A stretch of DNA of 64,000 nt from the IMG/VR virus record IMGVR_UViG_3300008450_000005, positions 1 through 64,000 of that record; one strand, given 5' to 3'. The notes under the pieces are model-generated. The model had not been told where the DNA came from, did not search any database, and saw only the letters and a program-made list of their open reading frames with translations. Below are positions 8,738 through 18,456 of this stretch, one piece after another (position 1 is the first letter of the stretch; each line of letters begins with the position of its first letter). The translations under genes and the position numbers were made by a program. The stretch is from a virus.

Positions 8738-10441
8738 ATGAAACTCATTAACGAATCTGAGATTTATGATACCTGGGCGCCTATTTTGGAATCAAAAACC
8801 GGTATCAGCTCTCCCGAGAAAAAAGAATGGTTGGCTAAATACTGCCACTACCACTCATTAAACGAATCTGCCGGTGCATACAACACTTTGGGTGTATTGA
8901 ACGGTATGGGTCCTGTTGCTCCTCCTTTGTACCCTGGTATGAGCAGCTTCAGCGGTTCAAACGCTAACGCTGGTTTCTACAACAGTGCAAACTTTGGATC
9001 TGGTGACAAATTCCCTAGCTTATTGCCTTTGGCTATTCAGGTTGCTGCTAAAACCGTTGGTTTTGACATCGTTCCTGTAATTCCTATGTCAGGACCTACT
9101 GGCGTATTGTCTTACTTGGATTATGTTTACGCTGGTGGTAAATTGAACCCTAGCCAAATCAGCGCATCTTCAACTTCTGCTGAAGCTTTGGCTGCTGCTC
9201 CTTCAATGATTAAAGTTGAATTGTCTTCTGGCGCTTCTTCTTTGACCGTTGGTACTACTTACTACTTGACTTCAGCTACTTCAGCTGCTGCTTACATCAC
9301 TACTGCTTTCGTTGGTTACTCACGTATCGATGGCTTCGCTATCTTCCGTATTACCGACATGACAACAGGTGAAACAGTTGCTTCTACAGTTGCTTCAGGT
9401 ACTAAAGTTGGTACTTCAATCGACACTACAACTGGTGGTGGTACTGCTGCTGGAACTGCACAATTGGTTAAAACTTTGGAAGATCACATTCAAGGTTTCT
9501 CTGGTGCTGGTTTCAACAACAACCAAAACTGGCAAGGTCCTTACGTAGATGGTACTAAGACCTACAACCCAATGTTGAGAGGTACTGCAGAATCTACCTA
9601 CTACAATTCACTTGGTTTGAACACCTTCACCAAATTCGTTGAAGCTGACACTTTCCAAGTTGCTGCATCTGTAACTACTGAGCAAATTCAAGATTTGAAT
9701 AAGCAATTCGGTATCGACGTGATCAGCATGATCGAGAACGCTTTGGTTAACGAAGTATCTCAAGCCATCAACAAGCACATCTTGGCTCGTGCATTTGCCT
9801 TAGGTTGGTCTAACTGCTTCCAGTTCAACGCTACCGAAGGTCAAAACATGAACTTGAACTTGGTTATCGGTGGTACTGCAGGTTCTTACACTATTCCTTC
9901 ATACGTAGGTAAAGCAGATGCTGCTTTGACTATGACTGGAGTAGCTGGTCCTTCTTCAGGAACTTACGAGAACTTGTCTACTCTTCAGCGTCGTTTGTTC
10001 TCACGTATTTTGGCTGCTGCCAACGTCGTAGCAAACCGCGGACGTCGTGGACCTGCTAACTTCATCGTTACTAACGCTAACATCGCTAGTGCTTTGCAAG
10101 ATATCAGCCAGTTCACTTTCGCTCCTTTCACTAACACCTTGACTCAAAACAACGGTACTTTGTATCCTGTAGGTTCATTGGCTGGTATGACTGTATATGT
10201 TGACCAGAACATGGCTTTCAACGATACTCGCGTATTGGTTGGACGTAAAGGTGGTGATGACGAACCAGGTTTGAAATTCATGCCTTACATGATGGCTGAG
10301 TCAATTCAGACTATCTCAGAAGGTACTATGTCTCCTAAAATCGCAGTTAAGTCTCGCTATGCTTTGGTAGAAGCTGGACACTTGCCTGAGACCATGTATT
10401 TCTGCTTCAACGTTAACATCCCTGCTGGTGGTATTAACTAA
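8738..10441 (+). CDS. gp23: Major capsid protein (T4 gp23-like)
   Basis: W.PILE N-terminus, VIPMSGPTG, T.EQIQDL..QFGID, GRRGPANFIV, VYVD, FMPY, PKIAVKSRYAL; strongly biased codon usage; follows protease/scaffold. Confidence 0.95.
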   Translation: MKLINESEIYDTWAPILESKTGISSPEKKEWLAKYCHYHSLNESAGAYNTLGVLNGMGPVAPPLYPGMSSFSGSNANAGFYNSANFGSGDKFPSLLPLAIQVAAKTVGFDIVPVIPMSGPTGVLSYLDYVYAGGKLNPSQISASSTSAEALAAAPSMIKVELSSGASSLTVGTTYYLTSATSAAAYITTAFVGYSRIDGFAIFRITDMTTGETVASTVASGTKVGTSIDTTTGGGTAAGTAQLVKTLEDHIQGFSGAGFNNNQNWQGPYVDGTKTYNPMLRGTAESTYYNSLGLNTFTKFVEADTFQVAASVTTEQIQDLNKQFGIDVISMIENALVNEVSQAINKHILARAFALGWSNCFQFNATEGQNMNLNLVIGGTAGSYTIPSYVGKADAALTMTGVAGPSSGTYENLSTLQRRLFSRILAAANVVANRGRRGPANFIVTNANIASALQDISQFTFAPFTNTLTQNNGTLYPVGSLAGMTVYVDQNMAFNDTRVLVGRKGGDDEPGLKFMPYMMAESIQTISEGTMSPKIAVKSRYALVEAGHLPETMYFCFNVNIPAGGIN

Positions 10442-10460
10442 TCTAGCTAGAATATAAGCA

Positions 10461-10494
10461 ACAAAAAAACCCGGGGAAACTCGGGTTTTTTTGT
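10461..10494 (+). terminator. Rho-independent terminator after capsid gene
   Basis: A7-CCCGGG-GAAA-CTCGGG-T7 hairpin with one G:U pair. Confidence 0.9.
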
Positions 10495-10533
10495 GGTCTT
10501 TCCGCTCGGGGTTTCTTTTCATCTTTCTGTGTG

Positions 10534-10554
10534 GATATATAAGATCGATAAATA
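10534..10554 (+). promoter_or_regulatory. Tandem putative late promoters GATATATA and GATAAATA
   Basis: GATATATA at 10534 and GATAAATA at 10547, after the terminator and before ATG 10565. Confidence 0.6.
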
Positions 10555-10564
10555 ATCTATTTGT

Positions 10565-11275
10565 ATGAAGAAAATATTGGAGTACCGCGAATACCTTGAC
10601 AATAAAGAATTATTGGAGGGTTTCAGCCAAGATTCACCTGTTCTTGCTGAATTTTCCGAATTCATTTCGGAATCAATTAACGAATCTTCGTTTGTTCGTG
10701 GTGGTGACCAAATTCTAAACAACCTATCAAAAGCACTCTTTGGATCTCTTTCTAAAGTTTCGATGATCGATCAGACGGTTGATAAGATTTATCAGTTGAA
10801 AGCAAAACTAATAGATCAGGAGTATAATATGATCAAGGAGTTTGATAAGATTCAGGATAAGGTTAAAGAACTCAGAAGCAGCGGTGCTAGCCCTGAAATG
10901 GTCAGATCGGTACGCAAGCAGAGAGACGCAAAGCAAAATGAATTCGAGGCTTTCGAAAAAAGGACCAATCTTGAGATTGAAAGAGGAATGAAACTTCTCG
11001 GAGAAATCATTGGGAATAATAAAAGAAGGCAAGAATATTCAGATTCAGTAATCTCGCAAGCAGAAGTTAATCTGGCTGATTATGAATATAAGAAAGCAAA
11101 AAAAGAAGGTAAGGCAAGCGAGGCAGAACTGAAACAATTACTCAGTAACTTAGAAGACAAAAAAGAGGAATTGAAAGACGAAACCCAAGATTTAAAAGAT
11201 CTTGCTGCAAAACAGCAAAATCCTAAGCCTAAAGTTCCTGTCATGAAAGTAAGCAAGCCAATAAAGACAGCATGA
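10565..11275 (+). CDS. Coiled-coil hypothetical protein, putative internal head protein
   Basis: MKKILEYREYL...EFSEFISESINES; charged and helical. Confidence 0.65.
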   Translation: MKKILEYREYLDNKELLEGFSQDSPVLAEFSEFISESINESSFVRGGDQILNNLSKALFGSLSKVSMIDQTVDKIYQLKAKLIDQEYNMIKEFDKIQDKVKELRSSGASPEMVRSVRKQRDAKQNEFEAFEKRTNLEIERGMKLLGEIIGNNKRRQEYSDSVISQAEVNLADYEYKKAKKEGKASEAELKQLLSNLEDKKEELKDETQDLKDLAAKQQNPKPKVPVMKVSKPIKTA

Positions 11276-12150
11276 AAAATTTAGTAAGTTTCTCAGATTA
11301 TAACCTGAACGAATCGGTTCTATCGGATTTATACAATTCGGTGAAGAGACTATTCGGAGGTCAAAAAAGCAAACTTGATTCTCTCGCATCTGAATACGAG
11401 GAGGAAGAAATGAGCTATGCTAAAGAATGGAATGATATCGTAACGGATATTGACGAGCTTCAATTAAAAGAAACCGAGCCCGATTTAACTCCGGGTGAAA
11501 AAAGAGCTTATACACGACAGATTTCAAACAAAGAAAAATTGTTGAAGACTCTGGAGGTTAAAAGAGATCGTGAGATCAATTTTATCAATAAAAAAGCTCA
11601 GGAGATCGCCGGTAGCGATCCTAAAATCTCAGCGTATTGGGAAGTTAAAAAAGCTGGAATTGAATCAAAGATAGCTAAAAAACTTTTCGATTATGGTAAA
11701 AAGGTATCGAGCAAAACGTATACGCAAGGATTGAAATCCAGATACGAGAATGCAGCTCGCAATGCACGCAGTGCAGAAAGAACATTCAAGAATTACTTCA
11801 GCCAAATTGACACTGACGGAAAGAAAAGTTCAGAAAAGACTGTTAAGGAAGAAGATATCAAGACAAGAGAACTGATCGACATGCGTTTGAGTGATTTTCC
11901 TGACGCAATCAAGAAATTTCCTCAGTCTAAGATTAGAGAAATCCTTAGGGATCTAAAAAAAGAAAGAAACGAGACACTTCTTGCTTCTGATCTTGAAAGA
12001 GATGAGATTTACAAAAAATCACAAAAGATCTCCGATAATAAAAAAGCTAAAGAATTCACAGAAGAGGAATTTAGAAAAATCACAAAAAAGTACCGTGATA
12101 AAATTTCTGATCTGCGATCTAAAATAACAATAGCTCAGCGATATGATTAA
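11272..12150 (+). CDS. Coiled-coil hypothetical protein, putative internal head protein, probable paralog of the preceding ORF
   Basis: MKNLVSFSDYNLNES; ATGA overlap; similar L....K.LFG block. Confidence 0.65.
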   Translation: MKNLVSFSDYNLNESVLSDLYNSVKRLFGGQKSKLDSLASEYEEEEMSYAKEWNDIVTDIDELQLKETEPDLTPGEKRAYTRQISNKEKLLKTLEVKRDREINFINKKAQEIAGSDPKISAYWEVKKAGIESKIAKKLFDYGKKVSSKTYTQGLKSRYENAARNARSAERTFKNYFSQIDTDGKKSSEKTVKEEDIKTRELIDMRLSDFPDAIKKFPQSKIREILRDLKKERNETLLASDLERDEIYKKSQKISDNKKAKEFTEEEFRKITKKYRDKISDLRSKITIAQRYD

Positions 12151-12397
12151 AAGATATAATCAATTTTTGAATGAGGCTTCAAACGAAACCGAAATCAAAA
12201 CTTTAGAGGTAGACATCTCCAAATTGAGAGATCAGATTGCCACAGCTAAAGATGCGGTTAAGAATGCTGCGAATGACGCAGCCAGAAGAACAGCTCAGAT
12301 CAATGCGTATAATGTTGAATCGACCGTTCTAACCCAGATAGCTGCTAAGTTAAAAGAACTTGCCCGTTTGATGGCATTACCAACTACAACTACATAA
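12143..12397 (+). CDS. Small helical hypothetical protein, putative internal head protein
   Basis: MIKRYNQFLNEAS N-terminus. Confidence 0.7.
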   Translation: MIKRYNQFLNEASNETEIKTLEVDISKLRDQIATAKDAVKNAANDAARRTAQINAYNVESTVLTQIAAKLKELARLMALPTTTT

Positions 12398-12398
12398 G

Positions 12399-13601
12399 AT
12401 GAAGAATTATTTTGAAATAAACCCAGTTGCAGCTCAATTCATGAAGAGCGGTTCTGTTTTCGAAAGTCAGAAAACGGATGCTTTACTCTCTAATGGTGTT
12501 AAGATGTTTTGCGATGGATTGTATAATTGCATTTATGCATACGCTCCGAAGAGAGACAAAAACACTGAAGTCGTAACGAAAAAATTTGAAAGCATTACAA
12601 CATCGAAAAATCTGAAGTCTATGCTTTCTCAAGCCATCGAGCTTGCAGAAGATAACGACTTGGTTACCCCGATGTATTCCGAACCACGTAGACTGTCTGT
12701 TGACAGCATGCAAAAATTCTCTGATGCTCTTTTAAGATCTACAGAGATCGACAACAATAACACCAAAACGATCGTTAAGGAATTAAAGGATTGTTTGAAA
12801 GCTATTCTTCATACCATCGGTGAAATCAATGACGAGGAAAAGAAATTAAATGAATCTTTCGGTTTTGCAATGAAAACGCAGGATCTGAAAAATAGAATTA
12901 ATGATCTGCTTGTCAAATCTGAAGGGAAGGAAGGAAGCAAGGGATACCATAAAAACTGGAAAAACATTTTCACAGCTTTCGATCAGAAGATCAAGAGTCT
13001 TTCTGAAAGACCTGGTATTGCCGAGAAGGACTATGTACTTCTTGATACGTTAAAGAAGGAGATAGACAAGCACACTAAGAGCTTCAATCAGAGTATTGTT
13101 GATTCTTTCGACAAAGTTAAAAGCGGAATCGAGGACGATGAAGCTTACGAAAAATACGGAGACGTAATTTCAGGATTGAAGAAAGGAACAGAAATCTACA
13201 ATAGATGTATTGCTTCGGAAGAAAGTGTGAAGCAGGAAATGGACGATAAAAAATCTGATAACGAAGAATCGACCATATCTGCTATCTTTCCATTGAAGTC
13301 CGGCGATTCAGACGAAAAACCACGCTTCAAAGGTTATGAGGTAATCTCATTACTTAGAGATGCATTGTCTTCGGTACCAGAATTTGAAGAACTAATCAGT
13401 AAGGATAAAAAATCTACTTTCGGTAAAAATCTTAAGGTGGTGATCCAGGTGATCCAGAAGCAAACCGGAAATAATAACCCAACAGGAGAAGTTGATGCGG
13501 CTTTGTATACAGCTCTGAAGAATTCTGATTGGATTGAAGATGATCATAGAACCAAAATGGATCGTATCATTCTCGATATTATTAAAGATAAGAAAAAGTA
13601 A
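12399..13601 (+). CDS. Helical protein with C-terminal peptidoglycan-binding-like domain
   Basis: FGKNLKVVIQVIQKQTGNNNPTGEVDAALYTAL resembles PG_binding_1 (FG..T..Av..fQ...Gl..dG.vd..t..aL). Confidence 0.55.
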   Translation: MKNYFEINPVAAQFMKSGSVFESQKTDALLSNGVKMFCDGLYNCIYAYAPKRDKNTEVVTKKFESITTSKNLKSMLSQAIELAEDNDLVTPMYSEPRRLSVDSMQKFSDALLRSTEIDNNNTKTIVKELKDCLKAILHTIGEINDEEKKLNESFGFAMKTQDLKNRINDLLVKSEGKEGSKGYHKNWKNIFTAFDQKIKSLSERPGIAEKDYVLLDTLKKEIDKHTKSFNQSIVDSFDKVKSGIEDDEAYEKYGDVISGLKKGTEIYNRCIASEESVKQEMDDKKSDNEESTISAIFPLKSGDSDEKPRFKGYEVISLLRDALSSVPEFEELISKDKKSTFGKNLKVVIQVIQKQTGNNNPTGEVDAALYTALKNSDWIEDDHRTKMDRIILDIIKDKKK

Positions 13602-13602
13602 T

Positions 13603-14865
13603 ATGAGCAAAATTTATAACATAGCGGAGTATAATTCTCTGATCTTGGAGAACAAAATCAGTCTCAATAGATCTAATCTATCTGATGATCTCAAGTCATT
13701 CTTGGGAGCGGGTGAAACATCGAACGAGACTCCTTCAGAGGAAGATAAAAGTTCAAATAGTGTAAGCGAAGCTCTTTCCAAAGTATTGAGAAAGAAATGG
13801 AAGATGCAGGTTGAGTCTGAGGATTTCCATCGCAACGGGGATGGTCAATTGAAATCATCATACACCGAGGATTTCTTGCAAGCTTGGAAAAAAGCTGCAG
13901 ACGAGGGAGAACCCGGAGAAGATAAGTTTTTTTACTACGATGGCGGGATTTACGATATGACCAATCCTGACACCAGTTTGAAAATTCCAAAGAACTATCT
14001 CAAATGGGCTGATGTACGCGGAATTGAATCAATGAATGAGGAAGACAGTGTAGATTTCATGAGAAATTATATGTCTTCGTTCGAAACATTCGGTGGAGTA
14101 GATGCAAAATCTAGAAAGGTTTACGCCAATAAACTTTCAGAGGTACTCGAGAACATGGCCAACGAATTAAATGAAGATGAGGACACTCCTATTTTTACTG
14201 CTTACGACGGGGTAATGAAATTGAAGAAGAACGACGAGATCCCATTCGTTGGATACGATGATCTGAAAGGTCCAATCACTAAATCTATCAAAAAGATTGT
14301 CGATGAGTGCATGACCAATGACGATTACCAGAATAGAGACGTTGCCTTCTTAAATAATGCGATCTGTATGATTGCTCCGTGCGTTACCCATGATGGTGAA
14401 AATTTTGTACCTGCTTACAAATACGTTCTGGACAAAGTTTTGACACCCGAGGTAATGGAAAATAGCAATCTGTATCTCTTGAAAGAAAATTCTAACGATC
14501 CTATGATGTATTTCACATCAGATAATGGAGTTGATCTTTTCAATCCAAACACACCAAACGCAAAGCCGGAGAATATCTTCGATCTTTCAAAAATATCTGG
14601 CAATCTCCCAGGTATGAAGAAAATACACCCATCTTTGCACTTCTTACATGGTGTTGATCCTGATAACTATAAAGGAGCAGTAAAAACCCAAGATAGCGGT
14701 AAGTTCAAAACCCGCACTTCTAACATCTTCTTAAGAAATCTAGTGAATTCTTCTAGGGTGTTGAATAAGGTTAATACCCACTGTAAAAGAATTAATGCTG
14801 TAGAATCTGAGGACATTCCTCAAAAGGTAACTGGCAACAAGTGTATCATCATAGATATTATCTAA
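13603..14865 (+). CDS. Hypothetical protein
   Basis: ATG at 13603 just after the upstream stop; starts MSKIYNIAEYNSLILEN. Confidence 0.75.
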   Translation: MSKIYNIAEYNSLILENKISLNRSNLSDDLKSFLGAGETSNETPSEEDKSSNSVSEALSKVLRKKWKMQVESEDFHRNGDGQLKSSYTEDFLQAWKKAADEGEPGEDKFFYYDGGIYDMTNPDTSLKIPKNYLKWADVRGIESMNEEDSVDFMRNYMSSFETFGGVDAKSRKVYANKLSEVLENMANELNEDEDTPIFTAYDGVMKLKKNDEIPFVGYDDLKGPITKSIKKIVDECMTNDDYQNRDVAFLNNAICMIAPCVTHDGENFVPAYKYVLDKVLTPEVMENSNLYLLKENSNDPMMYFTSDNGVDLFNPNTPNAKPENIFDLSKISGNLPGMKKIHPSLHFLHGVDPDNYKGAVKTQDSGKFKTRTSNIFLRNLVNSSRVLNKVNTHCKRINAVESEDIPQKVTGNKCIIIDII

Positions 14866-14885
14866 TTAATATCAAAAAAACGAAG

Positions 14886-14913
14886 AGGAGGCTAGCCATT
14901 AGCCTCCTTTTTT
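14886..14913 (+). terminator. Rho-independent terminator
   Basis: AGGAGGCTA-GCCAT-TAGCCTCCT followed by a T-run. Confidence 0.85.
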
Positions 14914-14938
14914 ATTGTCGCTGATAGATGTTATATTT

Positions 14939-14967
14939 GGAACATCAAAATCAACATAAGATATAAT
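14939..14967 (+). promoter_or_regulatory. Putative early/middle promoter GGAAC-N18-TATAAT
   Basis: Lies after the terminator; TATAAT ends 6 nt before ATG 14974. Confidence 0.5.
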
Positions 14968-14973
14968 AGACTC

Positions 14974-15528
14974 ATGATTTATTTAATAGAAGGAGCTAGA
15001 AATTCAGGTAAAACATTCATCACCTCTTTTTTCAAAGAATCCAAAGATTATAAATTTCCGTTCACCCGATGGTTTGGTGATCTCGGTTACAATGATGAAA
15101 AGAAAGAAACCCATGATTTTGCATTGGGTAAAGAGATCATGCTGTTAGATCTGAATAAGAAAGGGTTTATCGAAGAAATGATATGCGACAGAGGAATCAT
15201 CACGGTTTTTGTCTGGGCAGTTCTCTCCGGAAGAATTTCGGAACAGAGAGCTCTGGAGGAACTCAATCTCGTAATCAAGGATGGACTATTCGATAATGTT
15301 AAGATCCTTTGGGTAAAAGGTAAAAACCCGGATCAGACATCCCGCAATAAAGATTTCTGGGACAGAAGAGAGCAGGAGAGGGAGAAAGAACATTTGCTTT
15401 TTAATTCATTTTTAGGGAAACTGAAAGGGGATAGTGCACATATAGATATTAAAGAGATCGAAAATACTTTTGACGAGCAGGTAAAATCAAGATTGGAGGA
15501 AATCAAAAATGTGTGGAATATTAATTAG
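14974..15528 (+). CDS. P-loop nucleotide (dNMP/thymidylate-type) kinase
   Basis: Walker A IEGARNSGKT; ICDRG motif typical of NMP kinases. Confidence 0.75.
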   Translation: MIYLIEGARNSGKTFITSFFKESKDYKFPFTRWFGDLGYNDEKKETHDFALGKEIMLLDLNKKGFIEEMICDRGIITVFVWAVLSGRISEQRALEELNLVIKDGLFDNVKILWVKGKNPDQTSRNKDFWDRREQEREKEHLLFNSFLGKLKGDSAHIDIKEIENTFDEQVKSRLEEIKNVWNIN

Positions 15529-16909
15529 TTTAGATAATTCTGAGAAAAGAATAATGTCAATCTCTCACAGAGGGACTGAGCATCTAACCATCGAAAGCAA
15601 CGGGGTTTATCTAACCCATCACCGACTACCTATCCAAACCTATGACGGAGACTCTTGGCAGCAGCCAATCGAAATACAAGAAAATGTTTATTTACTTTTT
15701 AATGGAGAAATTTTTAACTATGATACGAGCCTTTATTCATCAGACACAGAATATTTGGTTGATCTCTTCAGAGGATGGAGGGGTGATAATATCCAACTAT
15801 TTACCGCCAATTTTTTACCTCATATCCTGACATGGGACGGATTCTGGTCTATAGCAATAATTGATACAAACACTAAAGATATTATTGCTTTCACAGATCC
15901 TCTCGGGAAGAAACAATTATACAGGAACAAACAAGGAGAACTTTCCTCTGAGATAAAAGGTGTTAGAACAGCAGATTCTAAACTGAATCAACACTTCATC
16001 AGCACCGTTCTAAAATTCGGCTATAATACGGATAGCAACACAACTTGGGAAAATGTTGAACGACTCAAGCCGAACACCATCTATCATTGGAACCTTGCAG
16101 CAGCCGACTTTGTTACCACGTTCAGCAAATACTACAACTTCAATCACCCGATTTCTGATTTAGCCGGATCTGATTACGAAGCTCACATGGAATGGCTTTG
16201 GACTGCTATGTTCAGAAGCGTTTCTAGAAGAGCATTAGTTTCTAAGTATCCAACCTCTCTGTTGGTTAGTGGAGGATTGGATTCTGCTATTATTGCTGGA
16301 ATCATGCACCACCAGAATATTAATAGCCAGTGGTTCAGTATTGAAAACGGAGAGACCGAGTATGTCAAGCTGCTGGCTGAAAAATTCGACGCCAATCCTT
16401 TTTATCTTACCTATTCTATGGAAGACGATCATCGTTTCATTTATGATAAATGGAATGAATCGCCTATAGATCTTGGTTCTGTAATCCCTCAATTTTACCT
16501 ATTTGATGCAATTAAAAAGAACAGTAATTTCCGGGTAGTAATTTCCGGCGATGGTTCTGATGAATTATTTGGAGGATATCGAAGGATTGATGAATACGAT
16601 TCCCAGTCATCGGATATTTTTGATGAGCTAAGTTACTATCATCTTCCTAGATTGGATAAGATGTCTATGGCTCACACAATAGAGCTCAGAAATCCATTCC
16701 TCGACCACGAAATAATCAGATTTGCATTGAATCTTCCTTTTGAATGGAGGAAGAATAAAAAGATACTAAAAGACACATTCGGTCCAATTCTTCCAGCTGA
16801 AATAGTGGAAAGGAAGAAAGAGGCTTTGAAAAATCCGCAAATCAAGCAGGATGCAATCCAGTATAGATACAAAGTTGTAGGCGATTTCATTGACCGCAGG
16901 GATATATAG
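15509..16909 (+). CDS. asnB: Asparagine synthetase B-like glutamine amidotransferase
   Basis: Ntn MCGI start, HRG, HHRL, FNGEIFNY, SDTE, DPLGKKQLY, SGGLDS, SGDGSDELFGGY, ELRNPFLD. Confidence 0.9.
   Translation: MCGILISLDNSEKRIMSISHRGTEHLTIESNGVYLTHHRLPIQTYDGDSWQQPIEIQENVYLLFNGEIFNYDTSLYSSDTEYLVDLFRGWRGDNIQLFTANFLPHILTWDGFWSIAIIDTNTKDIIAFTDPLGKKQLYRNKQGELSSEIKGVRTADSKLNQHFISTVLKFGYNTDSNTTWENVERLKPNTIYHWNLAAADFVTTFSKYYNFNHPISDLAGSDYEAHMEWLWTAMFRSVSRRALVSKYPTSLLVSGGLDSAIIAGIMHHQNINSQWFSIENGETEYVKLLAEKFDANPFYLTYSMEDDHRFIYDKWNESPIDLGSVIPQFYLFDAIKKNSNFRVVISGDGSDELFGGYRRIDEYDSQSSDIFDELSYYHLPRLDKMSMAHTIELRNPFLDHEIIRFALNLPFEWRKNKKILKDTFGPILPAEIVERKKEALKNPQIKQDAIQYRYKVVGDFIDRRDI
16901..16908 (+). promoter_or_regulatory. 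Putative late promoter GATATATA
   Basis: 18 nt before ATG 16927. Confidence 0.6.
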
Positions 16910-16926
16910 GGTAAAATAATCCCTGT

Positions 16927-17568
16927 ATGGAATTGAATCCAAAATATATTCTGACCCTCGAGAATTTCAGTCCCGAAGATCATTCAACCAACGAAAACGA
17001 CCTAGTAGATTTCTTCTCTGGTCTGGTTGACATCGGAGGTGATGCTCTTCAGCGTCAGCTCAAGCAAAAAGTTACAGCTTTTCTTCTTGATAAACTTGGT
17101 ATTAAAGAAAAAAGCAAGTTTAGCAGAATCGTACAAGAAGTTGTTGAAGAAATTGAAATTGCAGATTACTACGATATCGTTGCTGGAAGAAAAGATGCCA
17201 ATTATTGGGCACCAAAACTCGCTAAATCTTTCCAAGGTTTTCTTTTATCCGAAGGATTAAACGGAATGGCAGAAAGCTGGGGTCTTGACACAACTGGATT
17301 TCTATACGGAACAATCAAAGAAGCAATGGAGGAATACTTCACAGACCCAGGATTCCAAAAGAAATTTGCTGAGTCGGTTGTATCTTTAATCTCTCCTCTG
17401 ATTGGAGGCGAATCCACGGCAGCTAAACCATTTAGTTCTACCGATTCAGGAATCAGAAGCGAAATTGAAGAATTCGTTAAGACCAAAAAACCTAACGAAA
17501 AACCTTCAAAGAAGGAAGCTGAATCCCTGGTAAATTCGATGATGACAGGATTTAATTTTAATAAATAA
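16927..17568 (+). CDS. Hypothetical helical protein
   Basis: 213-aa ORF; N-terminal KYILTLENF. Confidence 0.7.
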   Translation: MELNPKYILTLENFSPEDHSTNENDLVDFFSGLVDIGGDALQRQLKQKVTAFLLDKLGIKEKSKFSRIVQEVVEEIEIADYYDIVAGRKDANYWAPKLAKSFQGFLLSEGLNGMAESWGLDTTGFLYGTIKEAMEEYFTDPGFQKKFAESVVSLISPLIGGESTAAKPFSSTDSGIRSEIEEFVKTKKPNEKPSKKEAESLVNSMMTGFNFNK

Positions 17569-17576
17569 GAAAAACA

Positions 17577-17927
17577 ATGAATATAACAGATGTTTCTAAA
17601 AGAGAGGTTCTAGATTTCAAACAGTTCCTCGGAAAAGTGCACGATGATAAGTACAAGCCATTAGCTCCAGAAAATCAACCAGATTCGAGCGATAGAACAG
17701 GCTTGCACCGCATCCAGCGTCAGCCACAGTACGATTATGTTGGATATGCAAATGCAGCATTCAATAATACCTCTGGCATTGATGTACCAGGTTACAATTC
17801 TCATGGAGATCGTCAGTACGTTAACGGTATCGGTGGTGATATTGGAATCAATGGATCTGTGTTCAATATGGATACCAGCGAATCTGTGAAAGAATCTCGC
17901 ATCTCTAGTTTCAACGATTTCGAATAA
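17577..17927 (+). CDS. Hypothetical protein
   Basis: 116 aa; VLDFKQFL near the N-terminus and ESRISSFNDFE at the C-terminus. Confidence 0.7.
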   Translation: MNITDVSKREVLDFKQFLGKVHDDKYKPLAPENQPDSSDRTGLHRIQRQPQYDYVGYANAAFNNTSGIDVPGYNSHGDRQYVNGIGGDIGINGSVFNMDTSESVKESRISSFNDFE

Positions 17928-17935
17928 TCATAATC

Positions 17936-18427
17936 ATGCAGAATCTAAGATCCTTTTCAGACTTTTCAATTAACGAAAGTAAGTCTGATCCTAAATCAAA
18001 CCCAAGTTTTAGAATTTGGTCTCAGTGGAGATCATGGATCAATATGTCTGCAAATGAAATTGAGAAATTCCTAAATTCAGATCAGGGCAAGGAAGCTGGA
18101 CTATCCAGAAAAGAGGCAAAGAAAGAAGGCGGGATTAAGACTGGAAGAGATTCAGCCCGTGCTTTAGTTAGAATGATACCTAACGGTGGAAGTTGGAGAT
18201 CTGCTTTGGATAATTGGAGTCCTAACGATTGGGAGTGGGCTAGAAGACAAGTTTCTTTTAACTCAAGAATGAGTGGGATGAAGCCCACTACGAGAGACCC
18301 GCATTTTGAAAAAAATGGTGAATACACCGATTGGATGAAATCCATGCTTATATGGGGACATGATCCCAGAAAGCCAAAGAGACAGGTTGCTTCCGAACCA
18401 ACAAACCTTAAACCAGAATACAAATAA
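17936..18427 (+). CDS. DUF3140-like protein with capsid-targeting-like N-terminus
   Basis: INMSANEIEKFL, GRDSAR, SMLIWGHDP match the DUF3140 pattern (VNM...L..WL...G..SGR...SLMNWGHDP); starts MQNLRSFSDFSINES. Confidence 0.65.
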   Translation: MQNLRSFSDFSINESKSDPKSNPSFRIWSQWRSWINMSANEIEKFLNSDQGKEAGLSRKEAKKEGGIKTGRDSARALVRMIPNGGSWRSALDNWSPNDWEWARRQVSFNSRMSGMKPTTRDPHFEKNGEYTDWMKSMLIWGHDPRKPKRQVASEPTNLKPEYK

Positions 18428-18456
18428 AAAATCCCCTCGAAAGAGGGGATTTTTTT
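18426..18456. terminator. Bidirectional rho-independent terminator
   Basis: A-run, ATCCCCTC-GAAA-GAGGGGAT, T-run between convergent genes. Confidence 0.9.
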
